From an uncultured Gammaproteobacteria bacterium (GTDB lineage Bacteria > Patescibacteriota > Patescibacteriia > 2-12-FULL-60-25), in assembly GCA_964551765.1 (NCBI GenBank), contig CAZKEE010000001.1, positions 33,458-97,457 on the forward strand: a stretch of 64,000 nucleotides of DNA, in the 5' to 3' direction. A model generated the notes under the pieces. That model did no database searches and was not told the origin of the DNA. It saw nothing but the letters and a program-made list of their open reading frames with translations. Position numbers and translations under genes: made by a program. Below, in pieces: positions 31,094-41,184 of the stretch. How positions within the stretch are numbered: the first letter of the stretch is position 1; each line of letters opens with the position of its first letter.

Positions 31094-32908
31094 ATGAACG
31101 AGGTCCTATCGATCATCGGCAGCTACTGGTGGGTGTTGCCCCTCATCCTGCTCGTGGTCCTGCATCGGCTCGTGATGCGCCTGTTCGGCGTCATCATGGT
31201 CCCGCAAGACCATATCGGCATCGTCAACAAGAAGTTCGTCCTCTTCGGCGCGCACAAGGCCCTGCCCGACGGCGCCATCGTGGCGCTGAACGGTGAGGCC
31301 GGCGAGCAGGCCGACCCCCTGCCTCCCGGCGTGCATTTCTTCCTCTGGCCCTGGCAATACCAGGTCAGGATGGAGAAGTTCAAGACCATCCCGGACGGCA
31401 AGATCGGCGTGGTCACGTCCCGCGACGGCAAGCCGCTCGGCGGCGGACGCGTGCTCTGCAGGGATGTCGCCTGTGATTCCTTCCAGGACGCGCGCGCCTT
31501 CCTCACCAAGGGCGGCGAGCGCGGCCCGCAGATCACCATCATCCCGCCGGGCACCTACCGCATCAACACGGCCCTGTTCGCGGTGACGGAGGAAAAGGCG
31601 ACCGACGTCGCCGACAACATGCTCGGCATCGTCACGACCAAGGAAGGCAAGGCGCTCCCCACGGGCGAGATCGCCGGCAAAGAGGTCCCGGGGCATAACC
31701 TGTTCCAGGACGGCGAAGCCTTCCTCTCGAACGGCGGCTACAAGGGCCGCCAGGAGCAGGTCATCCTCGCGGGGCGCTACTTCATCAATCCGCTCTTCGC
31801 GAGCGTGGAGTACGTCCCGATGACCGAGGTGCCCATCGCCCATGCGGGAGCGGTCATCGCTTTCGTCGGCGATCCCGGCGTGGACATCACGGGAAAGGAG
31901 TTCCCGCACGGCAACCTCGTGACCAAGGGGCAGAAGGGCGTCTGGAGCGAACCGCTCGATCCGGGCAAATACCCCATCAACCCGTACACCCACAAGGTGG
32001 TGTTCGTCCCCACGGCGAACGTCGTGCTCAACTGGGCCGACAGCAAGAGCGAGGCGCATAAGCTGGACGAGAACCTCTCGACCATCACCGTGCGTTCGTC
32101 CGACGGCTTCAAGTTCAACTTGGACGTGAGCCAGATCATCCACATCCCGCGGAACGACGCGCCCAAGGTCATCGCGCGCTTCGGCAGCGTCGAGAACCTG
32201 GTCACCCAGGTGCTCGAGCCGACCATCGGCAACTACTTCCGCAACACCGCGCAAGGGTCCGATGCCATCGACTTCCTCAAGCAGCGCAGCCAGCGCCAGG
32301 AGGAGGCGCGGATGGCGATCGAGAACGCGCTCAAGGAGTACAACGTAGGCGCGGTCGACACCCTCATCGGCGACATCGTGCCGCCGGAAGCGCTCATGAA
32401 GACCCTCACCGACCGCAAGCTCGCCGAGCAGGAGAAGATCACCTTCCAGACGCAGAAGCTCGCCGAAGAGACCCGCAAGGAGCTCGAGCAGGCCCGCGCC
32501 ATCGCGGCCACGCAAGCGCGCGTCGTCGATGCCGAACGGAAGGTGCAGATCGCGGAGTTCGACGCGCAGTCATCGGTCAAGAAGGCCGAAGGCGACGCCA
32601 AGTCCAAGACCATCAATGCCGAGGCCGATGCCAAGGTGCTCATCACCGTCGGCGACGCCCAAGGCAAGCAGATCACCGCCGTGGGAACGGCCGAGGCCGC
32701 GGTCATCCAAAAGAAGACCGAGGCGGTCGGGCAGTCCAACTTCGCGGTCATCGAGGTCTCCAAGGCCCTCGCGAACGTGAAGATCCCGCTCGTGCCCGAG
32801 GTCATGGCAGGCGGGAGCGATGGGAAAGGCGGCACCTTGGTGGATGTCCTTCTCGCCAACCTCATCCGTGACGGGCTCAAAAAACAAGAGCCCAAACCCA
32901 ACACCTAG
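31094..32908 (+). CDS. Flotillin-like SPFH/band-7 protein (YqiK-like)
   Basis: AGGAGG RBS 7 nt upstream. N-terminal TM, SPFH domain, long Ala/Glu/Lys coiled-coil tail. Confidence 0.8.
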   Translation: MNEVLSIIGSYWWVLPLILLVVLHRLVMRLFGVIMVPQDHIGIVNKKFVLFGAHKALPDGAIVALNGEAGEQADPLPPGVHFFLWPWQYQVRMEKFKTIPDGKIGVVTSRDGKPLGGGRVLCRDVACDSFQDARAFLTKGGERGPQITIIPPGTYRINTALFAVTEEKATDVADNMLGIVTTKEGKALPTGEIAGKEVPGHNLFQDGEAFLSNGGYKGRQEQVILAGRYFINPLFASVEYVPMTEVPIAHAGAVIAFVGDPGVDITGKEFPHGNLVTKGQKGVWSEPLDPGKYPINPYTHKVVFVPTANVVLNWADSKSEAHKLDENLSTITVRSSDGFKFNLDVSQIIHIPRNDAPKVIARFGSVENLVTQVLEPTIGNYFRNTAQGSDAIDFLKQRSQRQEEARMAIENALKEYNVGAVDTLIGDIVPPEALMKTLTDRKLAEQEKITFQTQKLAEETRKELEQARAIAATQARVVDAERKVQIAEFDAQSSVKKAEGDAKSKTINAEADAKVLITVGDAQGKQITAVGTAEAAVIQKKTEAVGQSNFAVIEVSKALANVKIPLVPEVMAGGSDGKGGTLVDVLLANLIRDGLKKQEPKPNT

Positions 32909-32931
32909 TCCGCCTCAGGCGGACTTTTTTT
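32908..32931 (+). terminator. Rho-independent terminator
   Basis: gtccgcc-tca-ggcggac followed by ttttttt. Confidence 0.75.
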
Positions 32932-33006
32932 GCACCCGACCTGGGCGCCCCTTCGTATGGGAGCTATACTGTCACGTAACGACGCTCTCTTATCGAAGAA
33001 ACACCG

Positions 33007-33600
33007 ATGTCGAATGCCCCATTCCCCAGGCTGCAACGCCTGCTCATAGGCCTGACCGGGCTTTTGCTTGTCCCCGCGCTTGTCGTCCTGCTGTGGTCAC
33101 GGCCTATCAGGCCCTCGGCACAGCGTTCTGACGCGCCGCAGGCGCCGCCTGTCCAAGCAGATCCGGCCCATCCGCCCAAGACCGATGCGGAATGGAGGAA
33201 GGTCCTGACGCCCGAGCAATACCACATCATCCGCGAGCAGGGGACGGAACTTCCTTTTTCGAGCGCGCTCGACCACGAGACCCGCCCCGGCACCTATGTC
33301 AGCGCGGATTGCGGCATCCCGCTCTTCCGTTCCGAACAAAAATACGATTCCGGCACGGGATGGCCGAGCTTTTGGGCCCCCATCGATCCCAAGGTCGTGA
33401 CCTTGGTCGAAGATGACAGCCTGCCTTTCGAAAAACGCGTCGAGGTGGTGGATACGGCGTGCGCGGGCCACCTCGGCCATGTCTTCGATGATGGACCGCC
33501 GCCCACGGGCAAACGCTATTGCATGAACGGGCTTGCCTTGCGCTTCATCCCGGACCAGGCCGCGACCTCCACCCACAGCCCCTCCTTGCAGCGTCCCTGA
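33007..33600 (+). CDS. msrB: Peptide-methionine (R)-S-oxide reductase MsrB with N-terminal signal/TM anchor (extracytoplasmic)
   Basis: SelR signature CxxC...[13 protein letters not shown]...RYCMN after a hydrophobic leader and Pro-rich linker. Confidence 0.85.
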   Translation: MSNAPFPRLQRLLIGLTGLLLVPALVVLLWSRPIRPSAQRSDAPQAPPVQADPAHPPKTDAEWRKVLTPEQYHIIREQGTELPFSSALDHETRPGTYVSADCGIPLFRSEQKYDSGTGWPSFWAPIDPKVVTLVEDDSLPFEKRVEVVDTACAGHLGHVFDDGPPPTGKRYCMNGLALRFIPDQAATSTHSPSLQRP

Positions 33601-33649
33601 CCGCAGACTATCCTCGCTACACGATTATCCACTCACCCCTCCCTCTCCT

Positions 33650-34411
33650 ATGGACGAGAAGAAAGGTTTGTTCGACCTCTTGGATGCCAAGCAGGCCCTC
33701 ATCCTGGGCTTTGTCGCCGCCATCCTGACGATGTGCACCGTCGGTTTCATCGCGTTCGCCGCGTTGTACTTCAAAGGCGGTCTGCCGAGCTTTGGCGCGG
33801 CGCAGCAGCAGCCGAGCCCCACGGCACAGCAGCCTGACCAACAACAGCAACAGCAGCCCCCGACGCCGACCCATGCCGACGTGAGCCCCGGCCATTTCCC
33901 GGCCCTCGGCAAGGCCGACGCCAAGGTCACGGTCATCGAGTTCGCGGACTTCCGCTGTCCGTTCTGCGAACGGTATTACAATGATGTCGGCAAGAACCTG
34001 CTCAAGGACTACGTGAACACGGGCAAGGTCAAGTTCTACTTCCGCGGCTTCGCCTTCCTTGGCCCCGCCTCGACCGACGCGTCCGAAGCCTCGGAATGCG
34101 CCAATGAGCAAGGGCAGTTCTGGAAGTTCCATGACTGGCTCTATGAACATCAGGCGGACGAGAGCGATACGGCCTACTATTCCAAGGACAATCTCATCAA
34201 TTACGCGGCAAACTTGGGCTTGAACCGTGCCAAGTTCGCGGATTGCTTGAACGGCCACAAATACGCGGCCAAGGTCCAGGAAGACCTGACGGACGGCCAG
34301 AACGCCGGCGTGAGCGGCACCCCGACCACCTTCGTCAATGGAGACATCGTGGTTGGCGCCGTGCCCTATGCCCGGCTCAAGACCATGATAGACGCGGCCC
34401 TCGCCAAATAA
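33650..34411 (+). CDS. DsbA-family thiol:disulfide oxidoreductase, membrane-anchored
   Basis: TM helix, Gln-rich linker, thioredoxin fold with active-site CPFC. Confidence 0.75.
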   Translation: MDEKKGLFDLLDAKQALILGFVAAILTMCTVGFIAFAALYFKGGLPSFGAAQQQPSPTAQQPDQQQQQQPPTPTHADVSPGHFPALGKADAKVTVIEFADFRCPFCERYYNDVGKNLLKDYVNTGKVKFYFRGFAFLGPASTDASEASECANEQGQFWKFHDWLYEHQADESDTAYYSKDNLINYAANLGLNRAKFADCLNGHKYAAKVQEDLTDGQNAGVSGTPTTFVNGDIVVGAVPYARLKTMIDAALAK

Positions 34412-34498
34412 AGGCTTGGACCCACGCGACAAGGCCTTCGGGCCTTGTTTGCGTTGCGGGCAATGGACCCGACGGGTATCGTCGGTCGTATCAGGGAT

Positions 34499-35884
34499 AT
34501 GTCCGCGCGCAAGACCCACACCGTCGTCATCTCCGACGTCCATCTGTGCCAGGTCGTCCCGAGCGACGGGCTGTGGATGCGCTATCGCAATGCGCGTTTT
34601 TCCCCGGATGCCGAGATCGCGGCCATGCTCGACGGCGTGCGTGCCGGGATGGGGGAGGGCGATGACCTCGAGATCGTCCTGAACGGCGACGTGTTCGATT
34701 TCGACGCGCCGCCCGTCATTGACGGGGAAGTGACCTTCCTCGACCAGGGTCGCGGCGAGGACGCGGCCGTGCAGACCATCGAACGCATCCTCGACGACCA
34801 TGCCGAGCTCGCGGCCGCGTTGGCGCACGCCGTCGCGCGCGGCGAGCATCTCATCATCATGGTCGGCAACCATGACACCCAGGTCGTGTTCCCCGGGGTG
34901 CAGGCGGCCATACGCCGCCGCATCGGCGAGCGCATCCTGTTCCGACCCTGGTTCCATCTCTCGACGACCGGCATCCATCTCGAGCATGGCAACCAATATG
35001 ACCCGTACTGCTCGTATCGCTTTCCGACACGGCCTTTTGCCGCGGACGGCAAAAGCATTCAGCCGACCATGGGCTCCTTGACCTTCCGCAACTTGGCGAG
35101 CCGTCTGGGCTATTTCAATCCGCACATAGACAGCACCTTCATGCTGACCGTCCCGGACTACGTGCGCCATTGGGCCACGTATTATCTGTTCACGCGTCGC
35201 GAGCTCGTGCTCGCATGGGTCAAAGGGTCCATACGGACCTTCATCGCGAACTGGAAAAGCCGCACGCCGGCGGATGCCGCGCAGACCGAGCGCTTGCTGC
35301 GGGAAGTGGCGTCGGAGACGGCCCTCGCGCCCGATCTCTTGCAGCGCCAGGTCGCGCTCTTCGTCCCGCCCTCGCAGGAAGCGCGCTTCCAGGTCTTTCG
35401 CGAGCTGTGGCTCGACCGCGCCCTCATGCTCCTGATCGCGTTGGGCGTCGCGGCGGCGTTCTTGGCCGCGAAAGGGGAATGGGCCTCGCTCAAGGCCGCG
35501 GCCGCCGCGGCGACGGTCATCCTGGTGTATGAGATCCTCGTCCCCAAGCCGACCCTCGACGACATGTACAAGCACGTGGACGCCTGCGAAAAAAAGGTGC
35601 TCGGGATCTACGGTCGCAAGGCCATCGTGTTCGGGCATACCCATATCCCGCTCGGCGAGTGGACGGCGGACGGCTGTTTCATCGGCAATAGCGGCACCTG
35701 GGTGGCGGGGTTCAAGGACATCGCCTGCACGGAACCGACCATGCGCGGCAAGCCCGTCATCTGGCTTCGTGGCGAGGCCGAAGGCCCGCTCGAAGGCGGA
35801 TTATATCGTTGGACGGAAGGCGCTTTCGTCCCCTGGGGACCTGATACGGTTCGCGCCCTTACTCATACAACTGCTTCCGGGTGA
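34499..35884 (+). CDS. Calcineurin-like metallophosphoesterase with C-terminal membrane region
   Basis: VVISDVHL, LNGDVFDFD and GNHD motifs. Start 34445 or 34499. Confidence 0.6.
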   Translation: MSARKTHTVVISDVHLCQVVPSDGLWMRYRNARFSPDAEIAAMLDGVRAGMGEGDDLEIVLNGDVFDFDAPPVIDGEVTFLDQGRGEDAAVQTIERILDDHAELAAALAHAVARGEHLIIMVGNHDTQVVFPGVQAAIRRRIGERILFRPWFHLSTTGIHLEHGNQYDPYCSYRFPTRPFAADGKSIQPTMGSLTFRNLASRLGYFNPHIDSTFMLTVPDYVRHWATYYLFTRRELVLAWVKGSIRTFIANWKSRTPADAAQTERLLREVASETALAPDLLQRQVALFVPPSQEARFQVFRELWLDRALMLLIALGVAAAFLAAKGEWASLKAAAAAATVILVYEILVPKPTLDDMYKHVDACEKKVLGIYGRKAIVFGHTHIPLGEWTADGCFIGNSGTWVAGFKDIACTEPTMRGKPVIWLRGEAEGPLEGGLYRWTEGAFVPWGPDTVRALTHTTASG

Positions 35885-36383
35885 GGTGCTTCGGCAAATA
35901 CTCCCAAAAATAATACAGCGAACAGAGGTCGAGGAAGAGCGCGAACAAAGTGACGTAAGAGAAATGCACGGTGATGCGATAGAGGCCGTAAAAACCGACC
36001 AGGGAAAAGAAGGCGAGACCGATCTCGCGGATGGCGGCGAAACGGAACCACAGGCAGGCCGCGAGCAAGAGCTTGGTGAGGCCGATGCCGATGAAGATGG
36101 CGCCCAGCATGTGGGTGTCTATGTGATATTGCTCGATGTTCGAGATGATCCAGTTCGCCAATTGGTCCTGCGGATCATCGCCCAGCTCGGCGGCGAGATA
36201 GCCTTTCGACAGGAAAAAGAACAGTCCGGATGCCACCTCGACCAGGCCCCAGACGCCTTTATAGGCCATGACGAGCAAAAGACCGACCGGACGATCGGCG
36301 ATATGGGCCCCCAGGCGCTGATGCAGGCGCAGTTTCGTCCCGGGGATGGGGGTCTTCATCTCCATGGGCATAGTATACGCCAT
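35859..36383 (-). CDS. DUF2127-like membrane protein
   Basis: Four TM helices. Convergent overlap of about 25 nt with the upstream gene. Confidence 0.5.
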   Translation of the reverse strand: MAYTMPMEMKTPIPGTKLRLHQRLGAHIADRPVGLLLVMAYKGVWGLVEVASGLFFFLSKGYLAAELGDDPQDQLANWIISNIEQYHIDTHMLGAIFIGIGLTKLLLAACLWFRFAAIREIGLAFFSLVGFYGLYRITVHFSYVTLFALFLDLCSLYYFWEYLPKHLTRKQLYE

Positions 36384-36401
36384 GCGGGCGGGAACGGACC
36401 G

Positions 36402-37034
36402 TCAGGGATGATGTTCGCGATAGAGTTGGAAAGACACGATGATGCAATACGCGCTCGCGCCGACGATGGGCAGGAACAGGAACCAGGGGGCGAGATCGGG
36501 CACGGCGAGGCCGCACAGCATGATGAAGGCCGCGGCTTGGAAGGCCATGGACCCCAGACGATGCGTCTCGTCCCACACGACATCATCGGACACGGTCCAG
36601 GGCGTGCGTATGCCAAAGAACCAATTGCGCTTGAGACGCCGCAAAAGCCGACCGAGGCCGAAGAACAGGACGGAGAGCGCCACGATGAGCCAAGACACGA
36701 GATCGATGCGATACCCGAGGTTCCAGGCGAGGATGAGGCCTTGCATGAAGGCGAGGAACACCTGGAACAGGGCCAGGAACCGTTCCGCCGGCACGCGGTT
36801 CGCGGCCTGATGCTGCTTCAAGGGATCGAAACGCGGAAGCCAACGGAACAGGCCGAGGGAACCCAACATGAGGAGCGGCACCACGGTCACGCCCCACACG
36901 CGGGACATGCGGCCATCGGCCTGGCCACCCGCGTCCCAGTGGGAAACGATGTGGGCGGGCAACTGCGGATAGGCCCAGATGCTCACGGCGACGGTGAGCG
37001 CGAGGATGATCCAGGGCGCGGAGCGGTATTTCAT
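36402..37034 (-). CDS. SdpI/YhfL-family (DUF1648) membrane protein
   Basis: MKYRSAPWIILAL...WNLGYRID pattern. Start at MKYRS, not the tool's upstream Met. Confidence 0.55.
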   Translation of the reverse strand: MKYRSAPWIILALTVAVSIWAYPQLPAHIVSHWDAGGQADGRMSRVWGVTVVPLLMLGSLGLFRWLPRFDPLKQHQAANRVPAERFLALFQVFLAFMQGLILAWNLGYRIDLVSWLIVALSVLFFGLGRLLRRLKRNWFFGIRTPWTVSDDVVWDETHRLGSMAFQAAAFIMLCGLAVPDLAPWFLFLPIVGASAYCIIVSFQLYREHHP

Positions 37035-37065
37035 AGATGTCCACCCTAGTATACCCTGTACGGAT

Positions 37066-37617
37066 ATGAAAACCCCGCTTGTCGCCGCCGTGCTCCTGAC
37101 CGTGGTCTTCCTGACCATCCATGTCGCCGTGCGGCAATCCTTGCGCATGGGGGCGAACGATCCGCAGATACAGCTGGCGGAAGACGCCGCAACCTTGATC
37201 GCGGGCGGCAAGGACCCGTCCGCCCTGATGCCGCCCTATACCGTGGACATGGCCGAGAGCCTGGCCTTTTTCGTCAACGTGTATGACGCCTCCGGCAAGC
37301 CCGTGGTCGGCAATGGCACCTTGGACGGCGCCGTGCCGAGCGTGCCCGAGGGCGTGCTCGCCTACGCGAATGCCGAGGGTCAGGACCGCGTGACCTGGCA
37401 ACCCCAGCGCGGCGTACGCATCGCCGCCGTGGTCATCCCGGTGAGACCGAAGGACGGCGGCCTCGTGACGCGTTTCGTCCTGGCAGGGCGCAATCTGCGT
37501 GAGGTCGAGAACAGGGAACGTCGCGACGGGAACCAGGTCGGCGCGGGATGGCTTGCCTCCATGGTCGTCCTGATCGGCGCGACCGTCATACAGAGAAAAA
37601 CGCGCAAACGGGCATAG
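37066..37617 (+). CDS. Membrane-anchored hypothetical protein
   Basis: N-terminal TM and C-terminal TM. No motif recognised. Confidence 0.4.
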   Translation: MKTPLVAAVLLTVVFLTIHVAVRQSLRMGANDPQIQLAEDAATLIAGGKDPSALMPPYTVDMAESLAFFVNVYDASGKPVVGNGTLDGAVPSVPEGVLAYANAEGQDRVTWQPQRGVRIAAVVIPVRPKDGGLVTRFVLAGRNLREVENRERRDGNQVGAGWLASMVVLIGATVIQRKTRKRA

Positions 37618-37690
37618 GGCCGCGCATGCCGCCTTGCCAATCGCCCCATGCGGCGATAGGGTTGGACCGTCGTACACGCGGGAGGTCGAC

Positions 37691-38551
37691 ATGCCCATTT
37701 CACGCAGCACGCGGCTCGAACGACGCGCCTGCCGTCGGCTCATCAAGACCCTGGAGCAGACCATCGTCATGCTCGCGTCCCAGGGCAAACGCGTCCACAT
37801 CATCTGGGACGTGGACCATGTCCTCGTCTCCGGCCGCAGCGACGATGCCTTCGCCCTGCTCGGCTTCGACGTCAAGAAGTACTTCACGTACGAGGAACGC
37901 CTGCTCACCGAGCCCCTCGAAGCGGGCCCGTGGGCCGCGTTCGCCGCGCGTTGCGGCGAGCTGCATGTCTCGCAGGACATCGTGACCGCGCGCTCGAGCT
38001 ATCTCGCCTTGCGCGTCACGTTCTTCCTCATCACGCGCGGCCTGCCGATGCGCTGGCAGCTCTTCGTGGGCCATCAGCCCAAGACCGAGAGCTATCGCAT
38101 CGTCCTCTCCTCGTTCAAGAAGGACGCGGACATGTGCGTCATCAACATCGACGACGCGGCCAAGCATTGCCAGGCCTTCGACGCCGTGGCCGCCGAGCTC
38201 GGCATGGCCGAGAGGTGCATGAGCATCCTTTCGCCGCAGATGCGCGACTATGACGACGCGGAACTGCGCCGCGAGCTCGACCTCGTCATGGCGGAACGCG
38301 ACACGGCCCCGTATGTCGCCCCCGTGCGCGGCCATGCGCGCGATCGCATGGGCAGATACGTGCAGGTCACGCCCGATCCGCTCGGCACCCTGCAGCGCAT
38401 GTTCCGGGACGTCTCGCTCACGGCGCACAAAGAGTCCATGGTCTCGCAACATCGCCCCGAACTGGAGGCGCTTGCCAAAGAGCTCATGCCCGGCCGTGAG
38501 CCTACCGTGGACAACCTCTACTTCTTGTGGGACCTCGTCCGACAACCGTGA
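37691..38551 (+). CDS. HAD-like hydrolase superfamily protein (DVDHV motif I)
   Basis: HIIWDVDHVL nucleophile motif. Start at MPISRS. Confidence 0.45.
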   Translation: MPISRSTRLERRACRRLIKTLEQTIVMLASQGKRVHIIWDVDHVLVSGRSDDAFALLGFDVKKYFTYEERLLTEPLEAGPWAAFAARCGELHVSQDIVTARSSYLALRVTFFLITRGLPMRWQLFVGHQPKTESYRIVLSSFKKDADMCVINIDDAAKHCQAFDAVAAELGMAERCMSILSPQMRDYDDAELRRELDLVMAERDTAPYVAPVRGHARDRMGRYVQVTPDPLGTLQRMFRDVSLTAHKESMVSQHRPELEALAKELMPGREPTVDNLYFLWDLVRQP

Positions 38552-38609
38552 CCCAGCCCTTCGCGAAGGGCGGGGTCATTTTTCTTAAAACCCCCGCGTA
38601 CAGCGGGGG
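38550..38609. terminator. Back-to-back hairpin terminators between convergent genes
   Basis: gacccagcccttcgcgaagggcggggtc + attttt (plus strand), and cccccgc-gtaca-gcggggg read on the minus strand. Confidence 0.6.
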
Positions 38610-38615
38610 CGAGGG

Positions 38616-39269
38616 TCAGATGAACTTGTCGAGATGGGGGAGGGCATTGATGCGGCGCACCTGCCATCCCAAGAGGTCATGCGACAATGTGGTGATGGAC
38701 GTGTTCGAGATGTCGATGCGCCACGTGAGATCGGGACGGTTGCCCAGGATGCGCGAAAGCAGGCATTTGATGGCCAGCCCATGCGAGAACACCGCGATGC
38801 GGCGCGGACCCGGTTCGGGCCCTTGGAGCAAGGTCCTGACGACCCAATCATGCATGCGGCCCGCCACCTCGTGGAGGCTTTCGCCGCCGGGCGCGCGATG
38901 GTCCATGCCTTGCAAGGCCATGAGACGCAGCTCATCGGACGTCATGATCGGATCGCGGTCCTTGCCCGTCCATTCGCCGCGGCGTATCTCGACCAGGTTC
39001 TCGTCCCGGACGATGTTCTCGAGCGGATAGCCGATGCCGTCGGCCACGATGTCGGCCGTATGCGCGGCGCGCGTCAGGGTCGAGGAATAGATGATGTCGG
39101 GCTTGTAGCCATGCCGTTTGAGATACGCGGCAAGCTCCAGGGACTGCTGCATGCCGATGGGATGGAGGCGCGCGTCGGGGGTGCCGAAGGTCTTGCCTTC
39201 GTCATTGACCGTGGAGCGCGCGTGGCGAAAGAGATCGACAGTGAAGCAGCGGGTCGAGGCAAGGAACAT
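38616..39269 (-). CDS. Histidine phosphatase family protein (SixA/PGAM-like), second paralogue in window
   Basis: RHARS catalytic motif near the N-terminus. Confidence 0.7.
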   Translation of the reverse strand: MFLASTRCFTVDLFRHARSTVNDEGKTFGTPDARLHPIGMQQSLELAAYLKRHGYKPDIIYSSTLTRAAHTADIVADGIGYPLENIVRDENLVEIRRGEWTGKDRDPIMTSDELRLMALQGMDHRAPGGESLHEVAGRMHDWVVRTLLQGPEPGPRRIAVFSHGLAIKCLLSRILGNRPDLTWRIDISNTSITTLSHDLLGWQVRRINALPHLDKFI

Positions 39270-39337
39270 GTTCCCCTCCGTTGGTGGACAGGTGAAAGGT
39301 CTTCCTCGTGTGTACCGTCCGCACCAGGCGCGGTCAA

Positions 39338-39847
39338 TCAGGAGACGGCGATGATCTCGACCGCGATGCGGCCCGCCGGCGCGTCTATGTGCACGACGTC
39401 GCCCGCGATGGCGCCCAGGAGCGCCTTGCCGAGCGGGGAGAGATGCGAGATGCGTCCGCGCGTCGGGTCCGATTCCTGCGAGCCGAGGAGGTGATAGGTC
39501 CTTTCCGCGTCGTTCACGCGGACGGTGACGCGCGAGCCCACGCGCGCGGCGCCTTGGTCCGTGCCCGGTTCGATGGGGATGGCGTTCTTGATGCGCTCCT
39601 TGAGCGAGAAGATTCGGCCGTCTATGCGCCCCATGCGCGCCTTTGCGTCCTGATACTCCGCGTTCTCCGACAGATCGCCCAAAGCGCGCGAACGTGCCAC
39701 GTCCTCGACGATCTTGGGCCTTTCCAACACCTCCAGCTCATACAGGGTGCGCTTCATCCGTTCCAGCTTCTCCGCGGTCACATAATGGCTGTCTTGCGAT
39801 GCGTCATGCACGCGCAGCAGCTCATGTCGTCGTTTGGGAACACGCAT
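39338..39847 (-). CDS. greA: Transcription elongation factor GreA
   Basis: Coiled-coil N-domain (LGDLSENAEYQDAKARMGRIDGRIFSLKE) and FKBP-like C-domain. Start at MRVPKRR. Confidence 0.85.
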   Translation of the reverse strand: MRVPKRRHELLRVHDASQDSHYVTAEKLERMKRTLYELEVLERPKIVEDVARSRALGDLSENAEYQDAKARMGRIDGRIFSLKERIKNAIPIEPGTDQGAARVGSRVTVRVNDAERTYHLLGSQESDPTRGRISHLSPLGKALLGAIAGDVVHIDAPAGRIAVEIIAVS

Positions 39848-39852
39848 ACGGT

Positions 39853-41088
39853 CTACAGAACGGCATGCTCGCCGGCAAGGCGGCCCGTGGCCCAGGAAGC
39901 TTGCAGATTGAAGCCGCCCGTGAAGCCGTCGATGTCGAGGATCTCTCCCGCGAAGAACAGGCCGGGGCATTTTTTCGATGCCATGCTCGACGGGTCCACC
40001 TCGGCGAGGTCTATGCCGCCCGCGGTCACGAACTCGTCCCCGGCCCCGCGCGCCACGGCTTGCAGCGGCACGCCCTTGAGCCATGCGGCGATGCGGGCCT
40101 GGTCCTTTTTCGAGAGCTCGGCCGCATGCCTCTCCGCAGGCACGTCATGCAATTGGCACACGATCTCGGCCAAGGACTTGGGCATGAGGGTCCCAAGCGC
40201 GTTCATCGCGCTTTTCTTCGCGTGCGATGCGCATGCGGCCGCGAGACGCGACATGAGCTCGTCCTGCGTCACATCGGGGAAGAGATCGATGGTGAAGTCG
40301 AGCGGGGTCTTGGCATCATAGGTCTCGAACGCGACCAGGGAAGACAAGGCGAACACGGCCGGCCCGCTCACGCCCTTATGCGTGAAGAGGAAAGGCCCCG
40401 TAAAGGCATAGGTCTTGTCACGTCGTGCCGTGAAGGTCGCTTTCTCGAAAGAGAGACCGGAGAGCGCCGCGGGCCAGGTCTCGCGCGTGAAAAAGGCGTT
40501 CAAGCTCGGCGCGAGCGTGGTGAGCGAATGACCAAGCGCGATGGCAAAGGCATAGCCGTCGCCGGTGGAACCGGTATGGCGATAGGCTTGGCCGCCGGTC
40601 GTGAGCACCACGCGGTCCAACAGGAGCGGTTCGTCCTTCCCTTTGACCGACACGGCAAAGCCGTCGCCGCGTTTTTCGATGCCCTGCACCTGTGCCTTGG
40701 TCCAGATATGGACATTCGAACGTGAAAACAATTTTTCGAAAGCCCCGACCACGTCACGCCCATCGTCCGAGACGGGGAAGACGCGCAGGTCTTCTTCGAC
40801 CTTGAGCGGCACGCCATGCGCCTCGAACCAGTCATACACGGCCTGCGGAGGGAAATGATGCATGGCCTTGGCCAGGAACTTGCCGCCGCGCGGATATTTG
40901 GTGAGCACGGTGCGGATATCCGTGATGCCGGTCGTGACATTGCAGCGCCCGCCGCCGGAGATGATGACCTTTTTGCCCAGGGCGTCGTTCCGTTCGAGCA
41001 CAAAGACCTCCGTCCCCGGAACGTGTTCGAGCACGGTCGCGGCGCTCATGAGCCCAGCCGCGCCGCCGCCCACGATGGCGATCTTCAT
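39853..41088 (-). CDS. NAD(P)/FAD-dependent oxidoreductase, HI0933/BaiN family
   Basis: MKIAIVGGGAAGLM dinucleotide-binding motif and C-terminal GEILDIDGFTGGFNLQ. The tool ORF to 41703 is an upstream artefact. Confidence 0.8.
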   Translation of the reverse strand: MKIAIVGGGAAGLMSAATVLEHVPGTEVFVLERNDALGKKVIISGGGRCNVTTGITDIRTVLTKYPRGGKFLAKAMHHFPPQAVYDWFEAHGVPLKVEEDLRVFPVSDDGRDVVGAFEKLFSRSNVHIWTKAQVQGIEKRGDGFAVSVKGKDEPLLLDRVVLTTGGQAYRHTGSTGDGYAFAIALGHSLTTLAPSLNAFFTRETWPAALSGLSFEKATFTARRDKTYAFTGPFLFTHKGVSGPAVFALSSLVAFETYDAKTPLDFTIDLFPDVTQDELMSRLAAACASHAKKSAMNALGTLMPKSLAEIVCQLHDVPAERHAAELSKKDQARIAAWLKGVPLQAVARGAGDEFVTAGGIDLAEVDPSSMASKKCPGLFFAGEILDIDGFTGGFNLQASWATGRLAGEHAVL

Positions 41089-41184
41089 GACACGGTTTGT
41101 ACCATATCCACGGGGTTTTGACAGGCGGTTCCCGGTCTTTCTCCGCTCTGGCATCATGGTCCCATCATTCCTCATCCTTTTTCT

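Noticed and set aside
41118-41123. Perfect TTGACA -35 hexamer upstream of the precursor gene
   Set aside because: No acceptable -10 at 16-18 nt spacing. Possibly an ECF-type promoter instead. Not reported as a feature.
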